Assembly (NCBI RefSeq): GCF_963853765.1
Contig: NC_088859.1
Span: forward strand, 50,778,001-50,842,000
DNA from: Magallana gigas
Lineage: Eukaryota
DNA: 64,000 nt
Direction: 5' to 3'
The position numbers and the translations under genes are program-made. The notes beneath the pieces were generated by a model. That model searched no databases, was not told where the DNA came from, and saw nothing but the letters and a program-made list of their open reading frames with translations. Positions 31,118 to 44,283 of the stretch are shown in pieces (the first letter of the stretch is position 1; each line of letters opens with the position of its first letter).

Positions 31118-32196
31118 ATGGTGATGTGGGACACCTCCATGTTGTCACTTCCTATCAAAATCTATAATTGTTTTCTTTACCAGTATTGTTACCTAAATGT
31201 ATAGCGCCACGGTACAGGTCTAGGCAACCTCCGTTTTTGGAGGATAGCTCAATTTCAAGATGGCTGCTGATTTTTACCATATATGGAAAGTCACTTTGCA
31301 TTGTGGGTGAAATTATCCTCCATTTTTGGAGGATAGCATGGGTATATTTCAAAGGCTTCGTGCATATCTTTAATGAGAAAATGCAAGCACCAGACCATAT
31401 GGGAATTAAAGTTAAGTGAATAAACTAATGATTGTATGCGGCGATTTGAAATTCTATGTATAGTATTTTCACAATATGCTTTGAAAGTGTGTACTTCCTG
31501 TGTTCAGTTTTACAAATGACATAGACTATTTACATGTTTCATTTAATAAAAATCACAAAATAGTGATGTTTATTACTCATTAAAACATTAATGGGTTCAT
31601 TCACGTTTAGAGACACACAATAGATATCTTGATCAGCTATATTGTACATGTACAAAGTAAATGTTTGCATATACCTTAGGAACTTTGTAGCTCTTATTCT
31701 AATTAATTCACATGTTATTAAGTATCATTTAAATTTAATCCCTTCACACAAAAAGACATTGTTAAATTTTATTAATCAAAATGATACCATTTATAGATAT
31801 CAATTATCCAGAATATTAAAAAAAATTGTGAGAGTCTTCACATAAGATATTTTTCTTTAAAATCAGCCCTGCAATTATTTAAACTTAAATATTTATTAAA
31901 TATTATCAATAATTATAATTATTAATAGCTAAATAAGGTGATATTTTTATAGTATAATAATTATATTTTATTCATAGTTAACTCCCTTTGTAAAAACAGA
32001 GTTAATTGCCCTTCATCTGAAAAGATCCACCAGGGGGCGCATACATCTATCCTCCAAAAACGGAGGATAAAATCTATCCTCCAAAAACGGAGGTTGCCTA
32101 GACCTGCGGTATGGAGCGTTACTACGAATATGTAAGTCACGATGTCGAATCCTTTTTATCCACATTAATATTGACAGTTGTCCCATACCACCTTAA
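31118..32196. mobile_element. Degenerate host MITE (GGTG..TGGGACACC / GTCCCATACCACCTTAA) split by a nested insertion
   Basis: Imperfect inverted ends at ~31120 and ~32180; TTAA is present only on the right. Confidence 0.5.
31215..32106. mobile_element. Non-autonomous TIR element with CAG...CTG termini and 5-bp TSD
   Basis: CGGTA|CAGGTCTAGGCAACCTCCGTTTTTGGAGGATAG ... CTATCCTCCAAAAACGGAGGTTGCCTAGACCTG|CGGTA, with subterminal CCTCC...GGAGGATAG repeats. Confidence 0.85.
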
Positions 32197-32533
32197 ACTA
32201 CCCAAAACAATTCAAACTAGTTTACATGACTTCGGCAAATTAACAAAATAGGGCATCGATAGACATTATGAAGTAAAGGTGGTGATGATAAAGAGCACAA
32301 CAACATGTAATATATTTACACAGTGATGCATACATTTGTGCGTTCAAAAAATACAGATGAAAAAAAAACCATAAAGTTCAAGTCAGTTAAATATATGATA
32401 TAACTTGGATAAAATTGGGCAACAATGAACACTATATATATCTAAGTCAGTTAAATATACATGTATGATATATTATAACTTGGACAAATTAGACACACTT
32501 GGGCAATAATAGACACTATATATTTAGAGTCAG

Positions 32534-35500
32534 TTAAAAGACATAGTTCCCCATGTTAGCCTGCTCTGACCAGGCTGAGTGTGTCGCGCCGTCCATTTCC
32601 CCGGCCACCTGGTTGTCGGACCGAAGCTGATGTCTGGCCCCACCAATAGTCTCATTGCAATCCGGGCATCTCGATTCTATCAATGCACCCCCGCAGTCTC
32701 CAATACTATATATGTGACCTATAAATGCATGTTTTAGTAGCTGGTAAATTAATTCATTTATTCATGAGTTAAAATAAATACAGCCAATACTTTTACATGT
32801 ATAAACAAGAAATTTGATGTCGCAATTCATAAGGAAGATAAACACATAAAAATCTCACCATTCTTGCACTTGTACCAGTGCCCCTTTTTGCTGTAACTGA
32901 AGGCCTTAAGGATCATCCTTCTCTCCTCATCCGAGATCCCCAGACCAGCCCTTGGATGCTTATCTCGCATGTTTTTCAATGTATCTCTTGTCACTATCAG
33001 GTTCTCATCTGACAATTTTTGGTTTGGCCAAAAGAGCTTATCTCTCTGGTGTTTTATTAATTGCCTTTCTTCCTCTGGCACTTGGTTTTTTGAATCAAGT
33101 TCTCGCATAAGCAAAGTAAAATCAACGAACAAAAAAAGTCTATCTACTTCATAACTGAAATCGTGAACATCGCTTTCTGCAAATACATTATGTTTGTGAC
33201 GCATCAACCATTTTAAGAGGATATGAAATTGTTCTACTATTTCTATTTTATCTATTGACTCCTTGACATCTTTCAGGAATCCTTCGTGGAATTTCGTAAC
33301 AAAAAATATGAACAATTTCTCTGCTTTCTTATTGGAAAAATCAAGCTTGTACGGACAATTAGGAAGTATACTTGTGAGATATTTGACCGCTTTTGCAAAA
33401 TTCAAATTTTCTTCGACAGTCTTTGTTTCTAATTCATTTCTCCTCTCTTTCTCAATAGCTTCTTTTACGTCCTTGATGTTTTTTAAATTCTGGTTTAAAA
33501 CATCTTTATATCTTCGACCTCGTCGTATCGGCGTTTGGCATTTAGGACAACGTATTAATTTAATAACAAAGCTTTCCGGGGTTGAATTCATGTCTTTTTC
33601 TTTCTCCATTTCCATGTATTTGTCGAAATCATTAAATTCAAACACGTGGTGGCAATCCGCTAATTGTATGTACAGGGCGGATGGTTCGTCCTCATTTCCT
33701 AAGAATATAGTCGTCAATTCATCTTTATTGCATCTCCTACAAAGATTGGGACACGGCTCACCACATAAACCTACACAACGATGCCTACAGGGCAATATTT
33801 TTTTGCATCTATTGTTACAACGACTTCTGTCGCATTCCTCGAAACATAACTTCGTACACCGATACTGGTTTTTACAATCTTTATCGCAAATCCAAAGGCA
33901 AGGTTCCCTACAATCAATGCATTTCTCTCCACATTTTTTGGGACATCCACCTTTTGCGAGATGATCGCATCCAGAGGGACAACGTTCATTACAAGGCGGA
34001 CAGATTGTTGAGCAGGAATGTTTACTGTTGCAAGAATGCCCACATACAAGAACTCTTTGACAGAATTCCTCACATACAACATGTAGCCTACCGCTCGAAC
34101 AGGAGCAACAATCACCTTTACAGACATGTCCACAAGGGAGAATGGATTTGCACCGCTGATGGCAACGTTCCTCGTTGAGATTTGAAAGCTTGCAACACTG
34201 CACGCTTATTTCATGGCCACATCTTGGGTGGGTAGCCCGTGTCTTTACGTCGCATTGATCTGGTCGACAGATATTGCCACAGTTTTGTAAGCAGCGGTGA
34301 CCACAAGGATATAGTTTGTCGCATGGCTTTTGACAGGGAATGGTTTCTAGATCTACAGAACAATCCACTTTTACTTCATGTTTACATATGGGGTACACTT
34401 TTAACTTTTTAACGTTACAAGGCCCACACGATTGTGGATGAGAGCATACTTTTTTGCATTTGTGTCCGTTCTTACAAACAATCTTATCACATATTTTTTT
34501 GCATGGCATATCATGGAAAGACCTATCAGCGTGACACTTTAGGTTGCAAACATGACCACATTCATGCTGGAAACCACAAGGCTCATTACAACCTCCTTCT
34601 GGAGCATTGTCAAAATCATCTGGTTTGGAAACCTTTGTTATAGTGTCTGGGTGATTGACACACTGAAGGGGTAGATAGGGTCCACATATTCCATTTGATT
34701 CTGCTTTGGAAATTATCTTATTCCAAGTCTGGCTTTTTCGAATTGTTTGAAAGTTTCCGACTACGTAAAACCCCTGCTTTGCCCTGGAAAGTGAAACACA
34801 AATTCTCTTAATGTCGTGTAGATGTCCAATTTTTTTTTCATCATTTCCTCTAACAAGTGACAATAAGATTATTTCATTTTCTTCTCCTTGAAAATTGTCT
34901 ACTGCCGTAATTGTAACTCTTTGTGTTGCACTATCCTTTGTTTCGGTCAGATTTTTCATATTATCTCTAATTAGTTTTACTTGATCGTTGTAGGTCGAAA
35001 GAATAGTAATTTGTGTTCTGCTATATCCTTGGAGCACTAAATAGCGGAATAGCCCCACAATCATTTTTGCCTCAAATTCATTCATATGACTCGTCGAAAA
35101 TTCTGTCTGACTCTCCGGATGAGTATGATCAAGAAAGTAAATATTGTGTTTAAATCCTCGTACATTCTCATAATTCAAAACACTTGAGTGGTCTTTAAGA
35201 GTCTTGTATATGGTCGGAGTAAGAAGTGAGGAAATTTCTGGGCGCATTCTATGCTGCTGTGACAGACAAACAAATGGCATTCCATTCATTACAAGTCTTT
35301 CCATCATTGACACGTCTGTTTTATGGGATTTGGAGAGCTTGTAATTATTAATAGGCGGTCGCAGTTGTTGGTGATCGCCAATTAAAATCAGATGTTGCAG
35401 GCCCTCAGTGAGACACCCTATAATATGCTGTTCAAAGACTTGGGCCGCCTCTTCTACTACTACAATCCTTGGTTGGACCTGACGAAGGAGGTCAATATTT

Positions 35501-38500
35501 TGTGCAGCTCCTGTTGTTGTCATGCCAACAAGAGAACACGTTGAAACTATTTCTGTATTTTCCATCTGTTTTTCTATCATGTATTTATTATTCTCTACTT
35601 CAAAGTCGTGCATTAGTTCTTTTTTCCTTTGTTCAATTTTGATCCGAAGCTTTTGTATCCACGCCTTGTAGAGTCGCCATCTTTCATCTACTTCAAAAGT
35701 CCATACATCCTGTTTTCTTTCTTCCTCATCTATACTCATTGAAGTGTCTAAACGCAGACGCAGTGATACATGTTTTAAAATTTTTCCCCTTTCTTGCCGG
35801 GTATAAGATCTCCAAAACGGAAACATGTTTCTTTCGTCTTTAGGAAGAATGAGTTCTTCAGAAATAATAAGTTTCGAAAGTACCTTTGAAAGACAATCCT
35901 TTTCGTTGAATACGAAATCATCTGCATCATCAACTATTCTGGTCAGTAATCGAGTTCTCAATATATCTTCATCATCCTCATCAAACCCCAATAGATTGGT
36001 ATTTGAATTGTCATCAACATATGTTCCCCTCGACAATCCTTGAAAATGTCTGTCACAAGCATCTATTTCCAACCATTTTAATACAGTAGCAACATCGTTT
36101 TTTGCTGTGGGTTGATTGCATACACTTTTAATAGATTCAAAAGATTGTTTATGATTTTCAATCATGCAACCTTGTTCGAACAAGAAAGAGGGAGACACAA
36201 TGCTCGTTTTAATTTTATTCAACCACAGCTCAATTTCAAATAAATCTTGTTTAAGTTTCATGGCCTTTTTCAAGTAAATCTTTGAGTTACACGGCTTCAT
36301 TCGTTTTCTATGTTCCGTCAATGTGCATTGCTGAATCCTTTCAACGTTACTTCTCGATCCAACACGAACAAATGGAATTTCTCCAGCTGAAAACAGACCA
36401 AGAAGACTGTCGACATCAAACAGAGCATCGAAAATCTGATCGAGTGCATGATTAGTGTAACTCAGGAGAAGGATTGGCCTTTTCTCAGAATCAACAAACC
36501 CACAATTGTTGTTAAGCAAAAACTGCACGACTCGCAAGCCCATCCATGTTTTTCCTGTTCCAGGGGGTCCCTGCAGGATACCTAGTTTTCTAGTAAGGCA
36601 GAGCTGAAGCGCAGCGTATTGTTGTTCATCCATACCCAACTCTCTTGGTGATGGCCATTCTGTAACATCCATTAATGACACACTATTATAGCTCTTTCCG
36701 GCAATGTCGTTCTGGAGTAAACAATTGAAATTTACATACAAGTCTTCACCATTTTTTCTTTTGCAGTACGCAGGTTCCATAATATTAATCTTCAGCTCCA
36801 CTATATGTTCTGAAAAAGGAATTCTTGCATACTCGGGATTTATATACATCTTCCTTGCTATTGACTTCATTGATTCAAGTGTGTGTCGATATGCAGTGTA
36901 AAAAGCTTTGCTCTCTAGCATGACTATATTCTTATTTGCTTTCTCCATCATTTTTTCAACTGACTGGAAATCGTCTTCAACTAGACTAAGAGAAATCATT
37001 CCTTTATTTAATTTTTTTATGTTTCTTTCGGCAATAAGAGCATATAATAAGACGTTGCATTCACCATACGTTAAACAAACAATGTTTCCGTACTGCAAAA
37101 AATTACAGATATCCCATTGCACTCTCTTCAATCCTTTTGTTTCAAACTGTACTTCAATCACAACACCAGCATTGGGAACGCATTTCCTCTCTAAAATATG
37201 CACACCTTCGTAAGCTCTAATATTTTCATCTCTAAATCTTCTATTTGAGATGCGATCATCACTCGTTACGAAATTTATATAGTTTTGTATCCCTTCACGT
37301 AATGGACCAATAAAATCTTCTAGAAAAAGGTAAAATTGCTCTACAAGATAGTGTGTCTGTGATCTTGATGCTCTTTCTAACTGTCTTGGTTCAAAAATTG
37401 GCAGAATTTTATCTCGAATCATTTCACTTGTCGGTAATATTTTAAAATTCACCAAATTATACAGCTTCTCTCTCAGAGAGTCAGAGAAAGTTGTTTTACC
37501 TTTTTTGCCCGACTCTAACATTCCTTTGATTTCTTTTAGAGATATCGATGATATTGATTTTTTCGAAAGCATTGCGTTCTTTTCCAGTTTTTCAGTCAGG
37601 GAAATTAGCAAACTCAAGAATGTTCGGACCTTTCTTGCCTCTGTTGTGGTTTCCAATGACAGCGCGATCAATACCTCTGATGAATTTCTCAGAAATATTA
37701 TATCAGGGCCGCTTAATTCACGACATAATAATTCTGTAATATATGCCATTAGTTCCTTTTTATTAAAAACATCATTTTCTAGTAATTTTTCGCACAACTC
37801 AGTGTTGCACTCCTGCAAAAGATGACTTAAAATTTTCATTAAACACCATAGATTTTCTTTGCTGAAACTCTCAGCTGACCCAAGTAAAGACTTGAAATCT
37901 TCGTATTCTCCATCTTGAAAATCTTTGATATTTTTTATTCTTTCAAAGCGCTTTAATAAGTTATCTCTACTTTCTAGAAATCCATAGTTTCGAAAATCGT
38001 TAACGCGATACGTAAGAGTGTTACAGTTTTTCTTGGCATTCGTGCAGATTCTTTCTCTGCGTTTTGGTCCCTGGTCTTTTTTACTTGCTTTGTAATCATC
38101 GTTTTCATCCATATGCAATCTCCTTTTACCTTTAAATTGTTCTGAACTTTTTCGATTTGAGTTCGATGATTCACCATCATGAAGCTGTTTGTTGTATTGT
38201 AACCCATTTCTTGTTGAATTTCTCTGCCTTCCCGGATAACGATCAGAGGATGAGAGGTCTGATGGATTATAACCACTGGTTGTTCTCGTCCTACCGATTT
38301 GGTGGTTTTCATAGGTAGCTGACTTTGACATGGTTTCATTGTCGTAAGTAGTTGCTCTTGGTGAGCCAGGTGTCTCCCGAGAATAAATTTGAATACGGTT
38401 ATTGGACCAAACATTGTTTGTTGGTTTCGTAGGTATATCACGCCTTTGTGTATTTGTGTTTCCAGTCCATTCTTCTGGCCTCCTTCTTTTTGCAGAGTGT

Positions 38501-38550
38501 ATATCATATTCATGATTCCGTGTCCGTTTATTTGTTGTGTTTCCCCACAT
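32534..38550 (-). CDS. ZNFX1: NFX1-type zinc finger-containing protein 1 (ZNFX1 copy 1), ~1958 aa, intact RZ finger
   Basis: Exons 38550-32859 and 32718-32534. SF1 helicase motifs QGPPGTGKT, SYTNHALD, VEEAAQV, GDHQQLRP, QHRMRP, VDNFQGEE, VSLSRAK; NFX1-type Cys/His repeats; CHH...CPKC...RY; C-terminus GHWYKCKNGHIYSIGDCGGALIESRCPDCNETIGG...EMDGATHSAWS. Confidence 0.95.
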
Positions 38551-38842
38551 ACTCGTTTTCTATGGTTTGTAAACCAAGTGATGGAACGTCATGTTAAAGA
38601 AAGATCTAAAATAATTAAAATGCAATAACATGTATGAATTGTTTGGCTAAACAAAGACTCTTAAAGTCAATCTTAACAACTTATTTAAACATCTTAGAGT
38701 ATAAATGAATTGATTTTTCGCCTTATTCCATGTAATCTGTTTAAAAATTGTAATCATTATAACCATTATTTTCTAAACTTTGTAGTTTTTATCGTTCCTG
38801 ATATTGGTCCAGTAGATCCTGGGAAGACAAATATATGATAAA

Positions 38843-41800
38843 ACTAGAGCAAAGCTCGTTGCAAAGCAACGAGTGGGTCTTCCGTTAATGTCGGAAGTAA
38901 AGCTGGAAGTTCCTGTAAGAAGCAGAGCTCTTAAACCAATAACAAGAGTAACGATAATAAAAAGATGAAAAAAAATCGAATTATTCCTGGTACGACTTAA
39001 CAAAATCCGAATGATTTTAAGTACGAATTAACAAAAACCTTTCTGATTTCAAGAACGACTTAACAAAAAAATCCGAATGTGTTGAAGTACGACTTAACAA
39101 TTATTTTTGGTACGAGTTAATTTTACTTTGAACATAACGCTATTTTCTTAACCAAGAACGTGGAATCAAAATTTCCGGAAAACTCAATTTTTAAATCACA
39201 ATATTATTGTAATGCATCGTCCGATTTTAAAACGGATTTCGGTTTAAAATTAAGCATAAAAAAAGCTTCTTCGTTGCTTTATGAATAATATCAAATTATT
39301 GGTGAGAAAAAAGTTTTTATAAAAAGACTTAATAGCCCTTATGGCCCCTAATTTGAGGGGTCAGCCCCTTTTTCTTGATATCAAATAAAAGGTCTCGCTA
39401 ATTTAAACATATTTTGTTCTACAAGTGTTCACAAATTGTAAAACGTTATCGAGATATCTAAACAAATGTGTTTTAGGGGCTGACCTTTTAACCCCTTATC
39501 GGGGCTACTAACAACATTATTTTTGGTATCATTTTGTTTAGAACAATATTTTGAACAACTTTTGTTCTACATTGCTTTTCAAAATATTTCTCCTTTTTCA
39601 GATATTAATGATCAAAGTTTTCAACTTCTGGCCCCTTGAAACCCCTAATTACATAACATATGACTTAAGTATGATACTGTATAGATAAACAGCTGTACAA
39701 TGAGTATTTTTGCTTCTATAATTAATAACAAAATATTTTTCAGTAAAGAGTTATTATAAAAAGACTTTAGAGCCCCCTTGGTCCCTAATATGAGGGGCCA
39801 GCCCCTTTTTCTTGATATCAAATTAAAGGTCTTGCAAATATAAACATTTTTTGTTCAACAAGTGCTTAGGAATTGTTAACCGTTCTCAAGATATCTGTAT
39901 AAATGTGTTTTAGGGGCCGACCCTTAAACTCCTTACCGGGGCCACCAACAACAAAATTTTAGTTTTCGTATTGTTGAGAACATTATTTCAAACAACTTTT
40001 GTTCTACAGTGCTATTCAAAATATTTCTCCTTTTTCTGATATTAATGATCAAAGTTTTCAAATTCTGGCCCCTTGAAACCCCTAATTACGTAACATATGA
40101 CTAAGGTATTGTACTGAATAGATAAACAGCTGTACAGTAAACATTTTTGCTTCTATAATTAATCACAAAATATTGTTCAGTAAAGAGTTATTGTAAGAAG
40201 ACTTTAGAGCCATCTTGGCCCCCAATTTGAGAGGCCAGCCCCTTTTTCTTGATATCAAATTAAAGGTCTTGCAAAATTAAACAACTTTTCCATTACATGT
40301 GTTTACAAAATATTTATACATCAAAAGATATTACAGAAAATGTGCGAAAATTTCGTGAAAAAATTTGGTGCTATTTTTCAGGTTCAGGCGAGCTTCGAGG
40401 CCTTGAGCAATTTTCATAATTGGAAGCATGGGGGTACATCTACATACATTCATCAACAAGCCCTGAAAATTTCAAGCTTCTATCTTGATTAGTTTTGGAG
40501 GAGATGCGTGGACAAAATGACCCTTAAAAATTTACAAAATCGTCAATATCTGAAACCGGAAGTGACGTCATCATTTGAAAATTTGTAATATTAATATGTA
40601 GCACCGATCATGCTTTATCAGTTCTGAAAATTTTGTGCATATCGGTTGTATAGTTTTTGAGAAATAGCGCTCCAAAAAAGTCAGAAAAAGAAAAAAAAGA
40701 CTAGAGCAAAGCTCGTTGCAAAGCAACGAGTGGGTCTTCCGTTAGTGTCGAGAGTAAAGCTAGAAGTTCCTGTAAGAAGGAGAGTTCTAAAACCAATTAC
40801 AAGGGGAAATTAAAAAAAATATGTTAAAAATAACGAATAATTCTTAGTACGACTTAACTATATCTAAGTGATTTCAAGAACGAATTAACAAAAACCTTTA
40901 CAATTTCTAGAACAACTTAATAATAAAAGTCCCCAATGTGTTTAAGAACGAATTAACAATTTCCGAATTATTTTAGGTACGAGTTAATTTAACTTTGAAT
41001 ATAATACTTTTTTCTTAACCAAGAACGTGGAATCAAAATTTCCGGAAAACTCAATTTTTAAATCCCAAAATGTTTTTGTATTGCATCGTCCGATCTTAAA
41101 ACAGATTTCAGTTTTAAATTAAGATTAATAAAAGCTTCTTTGATGCTTTATGATTAATATCAAATTATTGGTCAGAAAAGAGTTATTATAAAAAGACTTG
41201 ATAGCCTTTCTGGCCCCTAGTTTGAGGGGTCAGCCCCTCCTTCTTGATATCAAATAAAAGGTATCGCTAATATAAACATATTTTGTTCTACAAGTGTTCA
41301 CGAATTGTAAACCATTATTGAGATATTTAAACAACTGTTTTTTAAGGGCCGACCCTAAAACCCCTTACCGGGGCCACTAACAACAACATTTTTGGTATCA
41401 TATTGTTAAGAACATTATTTTGATCAACTTTTGTTCTACATTGCTTTTCAAAATATTTCTCCTTTTTCAGATATTAATGATCAAAATTTTGAATGATGGC
41501 CCCTTGAAACCCTTAATTACGTAATGTATGACTTACGTATGATACTGTATAGATAAACAGTTGTACAATGAACATTTTTGCTTCTATAATTAATAACAAA
41601 TTATTATTCAGTAAAGAGTTATTGTACGAAGATTTTAGACCCCCCTTGACCCCTAATTTGAGGGGCCACCTCCTTTTTCTTGATATAAAATAAAAAGGCT
41701 TTTTAATATAAACATACAAGTGTTCACGAAATTTTAACCGTTCTTAAGATATCTGTACAAATGTGTTTTAGGGGCCGGCCCTTTATCTCCTAATTGGGAT

Positions 41801-42570
41801 CATAAACAAAAACATTTAAGGTAGCATATTGTATAGAACATTTTTTTGAGCAACTTTTGTTCTGCAATGCTTTTCAAAATATTTCTCCTTTTTCATATAT
41901 TAATGATCAAAGTTTATCATTCAGTAAAGAATTATTGTAAGAAGACATTACAGCCCCTTTGGTCCCTAATTTGAGGGACCAGCCCCTTTTTCTTGATTTC
42001 AAATGAAGGCCCGTGCAAATAGAAACAACTTTTGCATTACATATTTTAACAAAATATGTACACATCGAAAGGTATTACAGAAAACGTGCAAAAAGTTCGT
42101 TGAAAAATTTGGTGCTAAATTTCAGGTTCAGCGAGCTTTGAGGCCTTGAGCAATTTTCATAATTGGAAGCATGGGGGTACATCTACAGATATTCATCTAC
42201 AATCCCTGAAAATTTCAAGCTTCTATCTTGATTAGTTTCGGAGGAGATGGATGGACAAAATGACCCTTAAAAATTTACAAAATCGTAAATATCTGAAACC
42301 GGAAGTGACGTCAACAAAAAATGTAAGAAAAAACATTTATCCCCTCTGATGTCCTATAAGTCCTGAAAATTTGGTGCAAATCGGGCGAATAGTTTTCGTG
42401 AAATAAAGCTTTAAAGAAGGCAGAAAAAGAATGTTAAGAATAATAATAATAGAAAGAAACAGTAGAAAAACAAGAGGGTCTTCCGTCGAAAACGGAAGAC
42501 CCTAAATAATAAAGAAAAAGAAACCGTAGAATAACAAGAGGGTCTTCCGTTGGAAACGGAAGACCCTAAT
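38843..42570 (-). mobile_element. Helentron-like HINE (outer element) with ~437-bp internal tandem repeats
   Basis: 5' sub-TIR TAGGGTCTTCCGTTTCCAACGGAAGACCCT at ~42570. 3' AACGGAAGACCC followed by the hairpin CTCGTTGC-TTT-GCAACGAG and CTAGT at ~38843. Repeats at 39343, 39780, 40217. Confidence 0.8.
40700..42505 (-). mobile_element. Helentron-like HINE (inner element) nested in the T-rich 5' region of the outer copy
   Basis: A second 5' sub-TIR at ~42475-42505 and the same 3' hairpin at 40700-40745. Repeats at 41212, 41648, 41961. Confidence 0.8.
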
Positions 42571-42750
42571 TACCATTCTGCCATTAATACAATCAGAAGG
42601 GAAAACTGGTCACTTTAAGTTCAGGTGAGCTAAAACTGATTACTCCTCATTAAAGCAATGTAAGAAGCATTGTTAATGTTTACGGTTCGCAACCGTAGTT
42701 TATCGATTTTAATACGTATTTCTTTCTTTGGCAATGGTTAATAGGTACTG

Positions 42751-43090
42751 TTAGGTTCAGACGACACGTTCCTTAAAAAAATGATAATTATTTTTTCAAA
42801 TTTTCAACGGCCTGATAATATATAAACTAAAATTATAATTATCTATTATCATTTTTGAAATGATTTAAGTTTTAAAAATATTTTATATTTATGCCAACAA
42901 ATTTTATATCAGCAACTCAAGTGTATTTTCATAAAGATTATACAGGGAATCGCATTCTCTAGTATCTTACACAAATGCCTGGTAAGGTACCCTTAATTTT
43001 TGCAAGAAAGCTTGTCAAAGTTGAAGTAAATCAATAACATATTCCTGGAAAAAAATATATAAATTGAGGAACGTGTCGTCTGACCTTTAA
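42751..43090. mobile_element. MITE (TCAGACGACACGTTCCT TIR; TTAA on the right)
   Basis: GGTTCAGACGACACGTTCCT ... AGGAACGTGTCGTCTGACCTTTAA. Confidence 0.75.
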
Positions 43091-43296
43091 AAAATGTACA
43101 ACCCGCAATTTAGATCAATGCAATTATTCAACAATAGTAATCCAAATAGATTGTGGTGTCTTGTTTGTATAGCTATTATTGTTCTTTTTTACTTACTTTT
43201 GTAATCCATTTCCCAAGCTAAATCATTGCACACTTCAGGAGTGACTTTGGTTTGTATGGCAACAAGAAACTTTATATTGTCCTGTAAAATGTGTAT

Positions 43297-43372
43297 AGTT
43301 TCGATTTCAGTTCTAGGAAAGCAGTTGTTGACGAATTTCTGAAAACCTCAATTCAACTTTAGTTTCGATTTT
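43297..43372. promoter_or_regulatory. Two ISRE/IRF-element-like motifs between divergent ZNFX1 copies
   Basis: AGTTTCGATTTC at 43297-43308 (matches AGTTTCNNTTTC) and AGTTTCGATTTT at 43361-43372. Confidence 0.55.
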
Positions 43373-44283
43373 AATTCCTGGATTTAAAAGGCAAAGTTAA
43401 TCGTGGTATGGTGGCATATTTCTGGAACTTTTTTATCATCTCCCTTACTTGCTTCTCCTTGTTTTTGTACGTAAACTATAGTTAGATTTACCTGTGATGG
43501 TTCAGTGCGTTGATTAAATAAATAGTGTTCAATAGAAATGATAAATAACACCCCCCTCCCGAAGTTAATATCACACATAAATATTAAGTTATATATATCA
43601 CATATCAGCTGCATTACTGATCGAGTCATGACTCTCTCTATATATATTAATACGTTTTCAAAAAACATAAAAAAGGATAAACCGGGTACGATATTGCAAC
43701 ATTTACATAAAAAGATTAACAGTCCTACACTTTTACCATTTTGTTCACAGCAGAAGGTAAGTTCAAATTTAGGTAATATTTATATGTGTAAATGTAAACG
43801 AACAAGTATTGATTTACATGTTTTAAACCCTTTAAAAGTTAAGTACATCTTTTCTGTTAGGGGTTTTCTAATAATAGTATATTTTATAATTTTGATCTAA
43901 ACGACAATATAGGGATGATAAGCAAATAATAATGTTTACATAGTTCTTTGTCAATCTACGTAGTTGAATTTTTACTAATAATAGGCTTCTGGTTTAAAAA
44001 AAATGCAGGTCAAATAAGCAAGTGAGTGTGGGGGTGCAGGGGTTGGGGTGGGTGGAGGAGGGGGGGGGGGGGTAAAGGAGGACAACCTCATTGAGCAGGA
44101 TTTATATACATTTTTTTAACACTAGAAAGTGGTTGTAATTGGTTATATAGTGTTCTTGGCTTCATTTATTTTAGTTTTGATGCAAAAAAAAAGAACATTT
44201 CTAGACTGGGATATTGTTATTCGTTTTGTCTTTTTAGTAATTTTTATCGTTTATAGATGAAACCATTAGTGTAATTAGATGAG

